In this document: positions 40,688-49,619 of the stretch, piece after piece
Layout of the letters: each line of letters opens with the position of its first letter
How positions within the stretch are numbered: position 1 is the first letter of the stretch
Origin: an uncultured Nitrososphaerota archaeon
GTDB taxonomy: Archaea > Thermoproteota > Nitrososphaeria > Nitrososphaerales > Gagatemarchaeaceae
Direction: 5' to 3'
NCBI GenBank assembly: GCA_963703285.1
Contig: OY969807.1
Location: forward strand, 1,280,001 to 1,344,000
DNA: 64,000 nt
The notes under the pieces: generated by a model
The model's database searches: none
What the model was told of the DNA's origin: nothing
The model's input: only the letters and a program-made list of their open reading frames with translations
Translations under genes and position numbers: made by a program

Positions 40688-40716
40688 TAATCGATTATGC
40701 TTACGTAAGTATTTAA
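40688..40716 (-). promoter_or_regulatory. TATA plus two adjacent 10-bp palindromes upstream of osmC-metE
   Basis: TAATCGATTA (40688-97), CTTACGTAAG (40700-09), TTAAATA on the minus strand. Confidence 0.4.
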
Positions 40717-40986
40717 CGTTGACCCCTTACCGGTTCGGGCCCCTTTCTAACCCAGGCCATTGACATAACTCGCCGGGTAATCCATGCCCGTACAGGAGGT
40801 GGAGGGTGACCACCCGTGTGGGAAGTCGGGATCTTTGGCAAGGCTCAGAGGGGTGGCTTCCGCCTGTCGCGCGACTGGGTAAACCATCCGATCATCAAAG
40901 CATGTTTGGTGCCTTCTCGGGTGGCCGTTTTTCGCGCGTTCCGACGGAAGCCGTCGGAAAGGCCGGGCGGCCGGATATAACAGATT

Positions 40987-42612
40987 CTACCTTAACGAGG
41001 AGAGGTCTATCTCGAAGCCTGCTACCGGGACGTCGAGGCCGAAGGCAGCGACCGCCGATGGTTTCACCTCCCCGAGGTAGCCGATCCTGCGTCCATTCAC
41101 CAGCACCTCGGCGCACCTTCCGTCCGCAAAGGCCCAGTGCCTGGCCACCTTCGTCTCCAGCGCCGCGCCCAAGTGCTCCCGGACGAGCGCGTCCAGGTAC
41201 GTCTTCGCCTCGGAGAACGAGGCGGAGGAGTGCGCCACGACGGCTCCGAGGCGCGGCTCCTCGGCTATGCGCGACCCCTCCCGGATGAATACCCTGCCCA
41301 CCTCGTACGTCCTCTGAGGGTATGTGGCCTTAACGTTCCTGGCCAGGATGGCCATCAAGGATGGGAGGATGGAGTCCCTGAGGAGGTAGTGCTCGAGCGT
41401 CCTCGGGTTCTCGACCTCGATCCTCGAATCCGGTGGCCTGGAGAACTTCCCGTATAGGGTGGCCTCCTCCGTCAGGTCGAAGTTCATGGCCTCGATGAAC
41501 CCCGCCATGGCGATCGACTCTGCGACCCTGTCCAGCGCTGAGACCGTGCCGCTGAGAGCCCCCGGCTCCTCGCTCGGAGGGTAGATGGGCTCTATCCTGT
41601 CTAGGCCGAACCCTATCGCCACCTCCTCCGCGAGGTCGACCGGGTGGAGGATGTCTATCCTGTACCGGGGGATCAGGGCGTCGCCCGTAGCGTCGAGGCC
41701 GATCCTGCTCCTCGCGAGGCACTCTTTCATCTGCGGGAGGCGGAGGTCCAGGCCGGTCAGGCGGTTCGCGACCTCGGGGTCGAACTTCATCCTCATGGGC
41801 GACATGTCCGGCGTGATGCGCGCCGAGTCTCTGTAGTCAATGCGGACGGACTCGATGCTTCCGCCTGCGTCGGCCAGGGCGGAGCAGACTATCGCCAGAG
41901 CCTCCCCGCCTATCCTCTCGTCGGTGGACGTGACGTCGACGAAGAGGTTCCTGGTCTTCGTGTCGACCTTCGTCGCGGCCCCGTTGATAATCGGGGGGAA
42001 CGAGAGCACGAGCTCCTTGGAGTCGAGGAGCATCGGGTAGTGGGCCGCGCCCTTCAGGATTCGGCCGTAGGCGACGCCCGTCTCCGTCTCCCTCAGCACC
42101 TGCCCCACGGTCATCTCGCCGGGGGTCTCGAGGGGGACGAACCGGAAGGATTCGTCCACACCGCGGTAGCGCAGCGGGGGCCTGATTGCGTCGAGGTTGT
42201 GCAACCCGATCGCCGCCCTCTTCCTCTTCCTCCCAATGCCGTTGTGCAGGTCCTCCTGCATGGAGATGAGCTGCCTGACGGTCTCCTCGTCCATCCTCAG
42301 GTTGCGGACCGCCGCGCAGGAGATCCAAGGCCTTATCCTCGCGAGGTTTGCGTCGGCCTCGACGACGATGGCGCCTGGCGAGACTTGGTAGGTAGGGAGG
42401 CCGACCTCTAAACCCACAAGACCCCTCAGCGCCCTCGCTATCCCGTAGTCCGTGGAGAAGTCGGCCCTGTTCGGGTTGTACTCCACCCTCACCGACTCGG
42501 CGTCCGTGCCCTCGATGTCCAGGCCGAGGAAGGGGAGGCGGTCCAAGAGCTTCTCCCTGGAGAGGCCCGTCATCCTGGAGAGGCGTCTAGTGTATATCTT
42601 GAGTACTGGCAT
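40987..42612 (-). CDS. pheT: Phenylalanyl-tRNA synthetase beta subunit
   Basis: NPNRAD, QEDLH, PPIIN, R.DILHPVDLAEE; ATG at 42612 (MPVLKIY). Confidence 0.95.
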   Translation of the reverse strand: MPVLKIYTRRLSRMTGLSREKLLDRLPFLGLDIEGTDAESVRVEYNPNRADFSTDYGIARALRGLVGLEVGLPTYQVSPGAIVVEADANLARIRPWISCAAVRNLRMDEETVRQLISMQEDLHNGIGRKRKRAAIGLHNLDAIRPPLRYRGVDESFRFVPLETPGEMTVGQVLRETETGVAYGRILKGAAHYPMLLDSKELVLSFPPIINGAATKVDTKTRNLFVDVTSTDERIGGEALAIVCSALADAGGSIESVRIDYRDSARITPDMSPMRMKFDPEVANRLTGLDLRLPQMKECLARSRIGLDATGDALIPRYRIDILHPVDLAEEVAIGFGLDRIEPIYPPSEEPGALSGTVSALDRVAESIAMAGFIEAMNFDLTEEATLYGKFSRPPDSRIEVENPRTLEHYLLRDSILPSLMAILARNVKATYPQRTYEVGRVFIREGSRIAEEPRLGAVVAHSSASFSEAKTYLDALVREHLGAALETKVARHWAFADGRCAEVLVNGRRIGYLGEVKPSAVAAFGLDVPVAGFEIDLSSLR

Positions 42613-42917
42613 TAGGATGAACCTCTTTCTATCGCTGATGCCAATATGGGTGTATAAATATCGCAATGAGTTGATGAATTGCAATCGTCGAATGAAGATG
42701 GGTTTGAGCAAGATCCATCCGATGTTGGATACGAGTTGCCTGACAAGCGTAAAATCCAAGCAAGGCAAAAGTCAAGCTCGCCAGTGAATGGCTGGCTCTG
42801 GGCTGCTGAGGTTCGGCAGCGACGGGCCTCCAAATGAAGCGATGGTGCAGGAACCCGACGACGACGGCAATCCTGAAAGTCGATGGAGGCAAACCTCCCC
42901 GATTTCACGGGGCTAGG
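42613..42917. mobile_element. Lower-GC insertion remnant at the pheS|pheT junction, flanked by a duplicated pheT start
   Basis: Stub TTGTCAGTACTG (MSVL, 42935) versus real ATGCCAGTACTC (MPVL, 42612). Confidence 0.5.
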
Positions 42918-44424
42918 TAGAACCAGTACTGACAATCTCTCTCCTCCTCCTCAGCCAATCGATGTCGTTCTCGTAGAGCTCCCGGATGTCCTCGATCCCC
43001 AGCCTCAGCATGAGCAGCCGCTCGAGCCCGCAGCCCCATGCGATGACGGGCTTCTTGACGCCCAGCGGGAGCGTGACCTCGGGACGGAAGAGCCCCGAAC
43101 CGCCCATCTCCAGCCACTTCCCCATCTTCTCGTGGTAGACCATGACCTGCATCGAGGGCTCGGTGTAGGGGAAGTAGGAGGGCCACAGCTTGACGCCGCT
43201 CATGCCCAGCTTGCTGTAGAACCGGGTCAGGATGCCCATCAGGTGCCTCAGGTTGAGCCCCTCCCCGATGACGATGCCCTCCATCTGGTGCAGCTCCGCC
43301 AGGTGTTTGTAGTCCAGCGGCTCATTCCTGTAGACGCGCCCCACCGAGAAGACGCGCGTCTCCCTGTCCCCGGAGTCCATCACGGCCCTGACGGTCAGGG
43401 CGGTGTTGTGCGTCCGCAGGACTAGCCTCCTGGCCTCTTCCACGTCCCAGGAGTAGCGCCATCCCTTCGACCCCGTCCCCGCCCCGTTCTCGTGCGCGGC
43501 CGCGACCCTTGAGACGAACCCCCTCCTCTGTAGGGTCCCGTCCCTCCCCCCCTTGATGTAGAAGGTGTCCTGCAGCTCCCTGGCCGGGTGGTCCTGTGGC
43601 GTGAAGAGGGCGTCGAAGTTCCAGAACGACGGCTGTATCGAGTCGCCTGCGATCTCGACGAAGCCCATCGAAAGGTAGACCTCGCGGACCTCGTTTATCA
43701 GCTCCTTCACGGGGTGTCTCCTGCCCGGGAAGAACGGGGCGGCGGGAGCGCTCACGTCGATGGGCCTGAGCCTCAGGTCGGCCTTGGAAGACCGCAGCGA
43801 GGCGAGGAGCTCCGGCGTGAGCTTCTCGGCGTAGCCGCGCGTCTCGCTGGAAGCCAGCGCCCGAAGGCCCGCCTTTGTGACCGTGACCGTCACGACCTTC
43901 GTCAGTTTGCGGGCGGCAAGCCCCCTCTTGAGCAGGTCCTCGACCGCCGCCCTGGACCCGGGGTCGACCCTGGACTCCTCGACGCCCGAGGCGAGCTTCG
44001 AGAGGACTTCCCTGAGGTCCTTCGCGCCCGCCGCGTTCTTGAGCGTGAGAACGGCGCCGCCGTCCTGCGGGACGACCGCCACCCACCCGGCGGCAGAAGC
44101 GCGGCCGAGGGCGGCCGAGAACTCCTGGTTGGTCTTGAAGAGAGTCTTCGCCACCGACATTGGGAGCCTCCCTTTCTTCTCGTCGAGCCTGTCCAGGAGC
44201 GCGAGCTCCGGAGGCGTGTCCTGCGTCGAGACGAGGAGCGACGTCGAGGCCTCGCTGACCGAGACCAGCCCCTTCGACCCTAGCCAGCTCAGCGAGCGCC
44301 TGACCCGGTCGGGGATCAGCCCCGTCGACGCGACGAGGGACTCGAAGTCCAGAGGTTTGGAAGCGAGAGCAGAGAGGACCTTCCTCTCGATCGGGTGGAG
44401 CGGGGCGGTCTCCTTTTCGCTCAT
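42913..44424 (-). CDS. pheS: Phenylalanyl-tRNA synthetase alpha subunit
   Basis: WNFDALF.PQDHPAR, FPYTEPS, GCGLER; ATG at 44424 overlaps the trpS stop. Confidence 0.96.
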   Translation of the reverse strand: MSEKETAPLHPIERKVLSALASKPLDFESLVASTGLIPDRVRRSLSWLGSKGLVSVSEASTSLLVSTQDTPPELALLDRLDEKKGRLPMSVAKTLFKTNQEFSAALGRASAAGWVAVVPQDGGAVLTLKNAAGAKDLREVLSKLASGVEESRVDPGSRAAVEDLLKRGLAARKLTKVVTVTVTKAGLRALASSETRGYAEKLTPELLASLRSSKADLRLRPIDVSAPAAPFFPGRRHPVKELINEVREVYLSMGFVEIAGDSIQPSFWNFDALFTPQDHPARELQDTFYIKGGRDGTLQRRGFVSRVAAAHENGAGTGSKGWRYSWDVEEARRLVLRTHNTALTVRAVMDSGDRETRVFSVGRVYRNEPLDYKHLAELHQMEGIVIGEGLNLRHLMGILTRFYSKLGMSGVKLWPSYFPYTEPSMQVMVYHEKMGKWLEMGGSGLFRPEVTLPLGVKKPVIAWGCGLERLLMLRLGIEDIRELYENDIDWLRRRREIVSTGST

Positions 44425-45551
44425 CTTGCCATCGAGTCCAGTGTCTTCCTGCTCTGCTCTAGGAGCTCCTCCGCGTCCCCCATCAAGGATTCGCGCTTCT
44501 TCTGGTGCTCCTCGAAAAACCTCTCGACGATCGTGGCGAGCTCCTTCTTGCAGTCTCCGCACATCCTGACCCCGCCGTAGCACTCGTCGTAGACCCGCTT
44601 TGCGTACTCGTCCTCGAGCGCAAAGTGGAACAAGTACTCGTCGTAGATGGGGCACTTGTCGGCCTCCCCGCCTATCCGCCTCTGCTCCTCGACGGTGGCC
44701 CGTCCGCCCGTGAACCCGTTCATGATCTTCCTAGCGGCGGACGCGGGCGTGTCCTCGAGGGTCAGTGAAGACTCGGGGTTGCGCTTGGACATCTTCGATG
44801 TGCCGTCGAGGCTCTTCATGAGCTTGTGGTAGATGGCGGACGGCGGGACGAATCCGAACTCCTTCTGGTAGCTCGCGGCGAGGTCCCTCGCCAGCCTGAT
44901 GTGCGGGTCCTGGTCCGCTCCCACGGGGACCACGACGGGCTTCGGGCCCCCGAACTCCGGCAGCTGGGGCATGAGGATGTCGCCCGCTTGGATGAGCGCG
45001 GAGAGGTAGAGCCCTACCTGCCTCTCCCCATAGATAGCCCTGAGCATGTTGTTGGTGACGGCCGCCGAGAAGATCGTCGCGAGGCGCATCACCTTGATCT
45101 CCTGGCTCTGCTTGTAGACGACCGTCCGCTCGGGGTCGAGGCCCAGCGCAAGTATGTCAGCGACGTTCTGGACGGCTATCTTCGAGGACTCCTGGAGCGA
45201 GAGGCCGTTGTCGTTGTACGCCTCCACGTCGGCGATGGCGTAGTAGACTGTCGCCTTCTTGGAGAGAGACTGGAAGTAGACCATGTCGTCCACGGTCATC
45301 TTGTTGCCCAGGTGAAAGACGCCGGTCGGTTTGATCCCGGACATTACGGCGAAGGGCTTGTTGCCGTCGACGGCGTCGGCGATCCTGCCGAGGTCCCTCT
45401 CGCCGAAGTCGATCCCGCGTCGCATGTGCAGGCTCGGATTCTTGAAGCGCGGGAGGACGGGTTCGATCCTGCCTATCCCGAACTCCGCGTGCAGGCGTTC
45501 GTAGTTGTCGACTGACGACTCGCCCCACGGGTCCAGCCGGTCTTTCTCCAC
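44421..45551 (-). CDS. trpS: Tryptophanyl-tRNA synthetase
   Basis: PTGVFHLGN, VG.DQDPH, KMSK, TGGR.T. Confidence 0.95.
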   Translation of the reverse strand: MEKDRLDPWGESSVDNYERLHAEFGIGRIEPVLPRFKNPSLHMRRGIDFGERDLGRIADAVDGNKPFAVMSGIKPTGVFHLGNKMTVDDMVYFQSLSKKATVYYAIADVEAYNDNGLSLQESSKIAVQNVADILALGLDPERTVVYKQSQEIKVMRLATIFSAAVTNNMLRAIYGERQVGLYLSALIQAGDILMPQLPEFGGPKPVVVPVGADQDPHIRLARDLAASYQKEFGFVPPSAIYHKLMKSLDGTSKMSKRNPESSLTLEDTPASAARKIMNGFTGGRATVEEQRRIGGEADKCPIYDEYLFHFALEDEYAKRVYDECYGGVRMCGDCKKELATIVERFFEEHQKKRESLMGDAEELLEQSRKTLDSMAR

Positions 45552-45590
45552 AAAGGTCAGGTCGAACGGATGGATTAAATTAGTTTAGGG

Positions 45591-46112
45591 TCATTCCTGG
45601 GGCTCTGATGTGGTCTTGCGGCGCAGCCGTCCCTCCGTGTCGACCTCGCCCTTCCTTATCCTCGTCGAGGAGACGGGCCTCCCGTCCTCCGCCAGCACCC
45701 AGTCGATCGTCACGAGGGAGAGCGGGGGGAACCCCTTCTCGGCCCTGAGTTCGTTCGCGAGGGCGACCCGCTGGGAGGTCTCCGGGCTTGCGACGAGCGC
45801 CTCGACCCCGCCGTCAACGATCCCGGGGCCGAAGTAGTCGTAGAGCTTCGCTATGACGTACTTCCTCCCGGGGAAGTTCTTCTCGACGTACCGCCTCAGC
45901 CCGGCCTCCCGCCTCTCGTAGGAGTTCTCCGTCCGCTTCCCGACCTTCGCGACGAACTCGTCGGCCGTCAGGCCGATCACGACCTCGTCGCCCACCTCGA
46001 AGGACTTCTCGAGGAGACGTCGGTGGCCGGCGTGCAGGTGGTCGAAGGTCCCGCCGGTAGCGACCCTCTTGAACCTGGGACCCACCCTTCCGGCGCCGGC
46101 GCGAAGTTTCAA
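45591..46112 (-). CDS. coaD: Phosphopantetheine adenylyltransferase
   Basis: GGTFDHLHAGH, S.ET, SSTRIR. Confidence 0.9.
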   Translation of the reverse strand: MKLRAGAGRVGPRFKRVATGGTFDHLHAGHRRLLEKSFEVGDEVVIGLTADEFVAKVGKRTENSYERREAGLRRYVEKNFPGRKYVIAKLYDYFGPGIVDGGVEALVASPETSQRVALANELRAEKGFPPLSLVTIDWVLAEDGRPVSSTRIRKGEVDTEGRLRRKTTSEPQE

Positions 46113-46168
46113 ATAACGTTCGCCACCGAGTTCTCGGCGGAAAGCGGATAAAAGGAGTTGGTGGAACC

Positions 46169-47059
46169 ACGCACATCCCGGAGCAGTACCTGAAGTCGGG
46201 GAGGATCATAAGGGAGGTCAGGCAGTGGATAAGGGAGAACGTAAGGGCGGGGTCGGGCATCCTCGAGGTCGCGGAGAAGGTCGAGGCCGAGATTGTCAGG
46301 AGGGGCGGGCAGCCAGCCTTCCCGACGGGGATCGGAGTAAACGAGGTGACGGCCCACTACGCCCCACAGGAAGACGAAAAGGGGGTGATCCAGGAGAGCG
46401 ACGTCGTCAAGATCGACTATGGCGTCCACATCGACGGCTACCTAGCGGACACCGCGATCACGATCACGGAGAACCCCAAGTATCAGTCGCTCCTGGAGGC
46501 AACCGAGAGGGCCCTCCAGGCGGCGATCGACGTCGTCAAGCACGACAGGAGAATCGGGGAGATAGGGAGGGCGATTGAGACCACGGCGAGGAACGAAGGT
46601 TTCAGGACGATCAACAACCTCAGCGGCCACACCGTCCAGCAGTACGTGGTCCATTCAGGGAAGAGCATACCCAACATCTATGCGCCCAACCTCCCGATGC
46701 TGAAGAACGACGACGTCTTCGCCATCGAGCCCTTCCTGACGCTCCCGGACGCCGCCGGCTACGTCGTCGAGGGCGCTCAGGAGAACATCTTCTCGCTAAT
46801 CGTGCGGAGGAGGACGGGGAACGGGGAGCTGGACGAGCTCATGGACCTGATATGGGAGGACAGGAAGACGCTCCCGTTCTCGCCCAGGTGGTACGGCGGG
46901 AGGTACAAGGACGGACGGCTCGTCCAGCTGTTGAAGGAGCTCGAGAAGAGGCGGCTGGTACGGTCCTACGCGACGCTCGTCGAGGCCTCGGGGAAGCCCG
47001 TGGCGCAGTTCGAGCACACCATGGCCATCGACGACAGGGGCCTGGTGATAATCACCTAG
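46169..47059 (+). CDS. map: Methionine aminopeptidase type II; no canonical start in frame
   Basis: Frame open from ~46151 (YLKSGRI...AFPTG...AHY, D.GVHIDGY..D, GH, EPF, FEHT). Confidence 0.9.
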   Translation, partial: THIPEQYLKSGRIIREVRQWIRENVRAGSGILEVAEKVEAEIVRRGGQPAFPTGIGVNEVTAHYAPQEDEKGVIQESDVVKIDYGVHIDGYLADTAITITENPKYQSLLEATERALQAAIDVVKHDRRIGEIGRAIETTARNEGFRTINNLSGHTVQQYVVHSGKSIPNIYAPNLPMLKNDDVFAIEPFLTLPDAAGYVVEGAQENIFSLIVRRRTGNGELDELMDLIWEDRKTLPFSPRWYGGRYKDGRLVQLLKELEKRRLVRSYATLVEASGKPVAQFEHTMAIDDRGLVIIT

Positions 47060-47250
47060 GTCTTCGGCGGAGGTTCTGCGTAGATTAGCGTGATCCTCGT
47101 GGGGTTGCCGCACTTGGAGCACTTGCCGCTCTCCTTCGTGACGTAGTCTCCCACCTGGAAGGGCCTCTTCGTCTTCGTGCCGTCGACGGGGCACTCCTCG
47201 ATGGTGTAGACGAGGAACTTGGCCTTGGGCTCCTTCGACATCGAGTTCAA
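47056..47250 (-). CDS. Small Zn-ribbon protein
   Basis: CPVD...RPFQVGDYV...CSKC; follows DUF1512. Confidence 0.7.
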   Translation of the reverse strand: MNSMSKEPKAKFLVYTIEECPVDGTKTKRPFQVGDYVTKESGKCSKCGNPTRITLIYAEPPPKT

Positions 47251-47252
47251 CT

Positions 47253-48371
47253 CTACTGAGCGACCCCGAGTGTGTTGCCGATGCCGGCTAGGAGGACCTT
47301 GTCTCCCTCCTTGGTCTTCTCCTCGATGACGCGGTTTATCAGAACCTGGACCTTGTCGGACGCGTCGGCGATCTCCTTCCGCATCACCGTGATCGCCTCG
47401 AGTATGCTCTGCTTGACGAGGATTGCATAGACGGGTACCTTGTGGGTCGAGGAGACCTCTTCGATCTTGAACTTGTCGACGCCTATGCCCCCGATGGCGG
47501 CCCCGACCCCCTCAGCAATCTCCCCCGTCTTCTCGCCCTCGAGCTTGAGGGCGGCGTCCACCATGATTATCGCGTTGAGAGGCACCTTCATCTCATCGAC
47601 GAGCTTCTGTATCGCGACGCCGGGCTCGCCTACGTATCCCATCGGCCCCTCCGCCTTGAGGACGTAGAGCGTCCGCCCCTTGTACTCCCCCACGGTCATG
47701 ACCGTGTCCTTCCCGACGACCTGCTTGGGGAGGTTCTGCATGTAGCGTGAAGCGATCACCGGGCCTATGCCGTCTCCCACTGGCTGGCCGAGCTTGAACG
47801 TGTCGACTGCGTTCACCAGCGCGTCGGCTTCCTGGAGCACCATCGGCATTATCATCTGGAGCTGGAAGAGGAGCATGTAGGAGTTTGTCTTCTTCCCCAG
47901 GAGGTAGTAGTGTCTGACAATCTTGTGTATCTGGTTGAGCGACGTGGCGATCTCCAGTATGTTCTCGGCCACGGAGACCTTCGTCTGGTCGAGGTTGGGA
48001 ATCATGGCGGTGACCTCCGCCCTCACCCTCTCGTCCCTCGTGTTCGTGATGTGCTGAAGCTTCCCCACTATGCCGTTCGGGTCCATGTCGACGGGCATTA
48101 TCGTGACGTAGTCGAGGAACTCGTCTATGCGCTGGGTGGGGTCGCCCGTGACCTTGCCCGAGCTCTGGAAGTAGTCTATGGCCTCCTTGCGGGACTTGTC
48201 CCTCATCAGCTTCAGGCGGCCCAGCGCCCTCGAGAGGTCGTTGGCTATGAGGTACATCTGCAGCCGCTGCCCGTAGATGAAGAAGATGAAGATCGAGACG
48301 AGCCAAACCACGTTGATGAGGCTGCTCGCGTTGATCCCCAGCTGAAGAACCTGAGCAGAAAGCAGCGACAC
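47253..48371 (-). CDS. DUF1512 family protein
   Basis: GDGIGP, DAALKLEGE, GIGNTLGV. Confidence 0.85.
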   Translation of the reverse strand: MSLLSAQVLQLGINASSLINVVWLVSIFIFFIYGQRLQMYLIANDLSRALGRLKLMRDKSRKEAIDYFQSSGKVTGDPTQRIDEFLDYVTIMPVDMDPNGIVGKLQHITNTRDERVRAEVTAMIPNLDQTKVSVAENILEIATSLNQIHKIVRHYYLLGKKTNSYMLLFQLQMIMPMVLQEADALVNAVDTFKLGQPVGDGIGPVIASRYMQNLPKQVVGKDTVMTVGEYKGRTLYVLKAEGPMGYVGEPGVAIQKLVDEMKVPLNAIIMVDAALKLEGEKTGEIAEGVGAAIGGIGVDKFKIEEVSSTHKVPVYAILVKQSILEAITVMRKEIADASDKVQVLINRVIEEKTKEGDKVLLAGIGNTLGVAQ

Positions 48372-48508
48372 TCTAACTAGACCAGTGGGCTGGTCCCTGG
48401 CACCTCAACTTAAAGGTTTTACAGAACCTGGGCCGCAAGACGGCGAAGTTTGGATGGGGGTTCCGGCATCACCTTCAACAACAGTTACTGGGATCGCTAG
48501 GGGCGTAG

Positions 48509-48624
48509 GTGCCGACATCGCCACTTCGCGAGGGCTCTCGCACCTCACTAACGTGGCGACGACGCGTGGTTTGACTTCTGGGTTCGGAGTGAGACCAGGT
48601 CGGACCCACACGCTATGGCCGGCT
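48509..48624 (-). rRNA. rrf: 5S rRNA (unlinked)
   Basis: GCCGGCCATAGCG...CCGAACCCAGAAGTCAAACC...; helix I GCCGGC/GTCGGC. Confidence 0.88.
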
Positions 48625-48707
48625 GGAGGACGGCGCGGGCGGTCGGCTAGATTAACCTTTCTAAGACTACAAAACGCATAAGTGCCCAAGGGTACCGGCG
48701 AGCGGCC

Positions 48708-48980
48708 GTGCAGAGGAGGCTTCTGGACATCCTGGCGTGTCCCATCGACAAGCACTATCCGCTGCAGCTCGTAGAGCTGAAGGCGGAGGGGGAGAAGGTG
48801 GTCAGCGGCGTCATCCTCTGCGACAAGTGCGGAAGGTACTACCCGATCGTCGACGAGATTCCCGTCATGCTCCCCGACGAGTTGAGGAGCAAGAAGGAGG
48901 ACCTAGAGTTCCTGACCCAGTGGAAGGCTCAGCTGCCGGCGAAGGTCGTCCAGGAAGGGTTGCCGTACAACCTTTCATAA
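48708..48980 (+). CDS. Trm112-like protein
   Basis: LLDILACP, C..CGRYYPI.DEIP.ML. Confidence 0.9.
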   Translation: MQRRLLDILACPIDKHYPLQLVELKAEGEKVVSGVILCDKCGRYYPIVDEIPVMLPDELRSKKEDLEFLTQWKAQLPAKVVQEGLPYNLS

Positions 48981-49029
48981 AAGGGTTTAGCAAAGATTCA
49001 TAAACGAATAGAGCCAAGCCCTGTACGGC

Positions 49030-49596
49030 TTGTCAGTTTCAACGATAGATCCGAAACAGCTCAAGAAGATAAGGGTCCAGCTCGGGATAACCCAGTCGGA
49101 GCTCGCCAGGGCGGCGGGCGTGAGCCAGTCCCTGATAGCGAAGCTCGAGTCCGGCCTCGTGGACCCGTCCTTCAGCACCATGAAGTCCATCTCGGAGGCG
49201 CTTCGCTCCCAGATCAGGATTGAGGGCAAGAAGGCCTCGGAGGTCATGTCGAAGCCGGTCATCTCGATCCAGTCGAACGTCACCGTCTCGGAGTCGGTCA
49301 ACGCCATGAAGAAGAGCGGCATATCCCAGCTCCCCGTCTACTCCGGGACGAGGCTCGTGGGCTCGATAACCGAGAACCAGATAGTCCAGCTCCTGAGCAC
49401 CGTCGAAGACCCCCGGAGCATCCTCGGGAAGCCCGTCTCCAGCTACATCCAGCCCACGTTCCCCGTCGTCAGCGCCGACACGCCGGTCGAGGCGCTCTTC
49501 TCGCTCTTCAAGTTCGTCCCCGCCGTGCTCGTCGCTACGGGCGACAAGGTTGAGGGCGTCATCACCAAGATAGACATGCTCTCGGCCGAAGTGTGA
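49030..49596 (+). CDS. XRE-HTH + CBS-pair regulator
   Basis: TQSELA...VSQS.IAK.E, ISQLPV, GVITK.D. Confidence 0.9.
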   Translation: MSVSTIDPKQLKKIRVQLGITQSELARAAGVSQSLIAKLESGLVDPSFSTMKSISEALRSQIRIEGKKASEVMSKPVISIQSNVTVSESVNAMKKSGISQLPVYSGTRLVGSITENQIVQLLSTVEDPRSILGKPVSSYIQPTFPVVSADTPVEALFSLFKFVPAVLVATGDKVEGVITKIDMLSAEV

Positions 49597-49619
49597 CGCG
49601 CGCCAACCAAAAATAGTTC

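Noticed and set aside
42613-42768. N-terminal extension of PheT from the ORF track
   Set aside because: AT-rich and unlike PheT; homology starts at MPVL (42612). Treated as an insertion remnant.
48455-48516. Possible intron or insertion at the 5S rRNA 3' end (downstream TGCCGG, GGCA/TGCC hairpin)
   Set aside because: Helix I already closes with GTCGGC and the BHB pairing is poor; more likely a 3' trailer.
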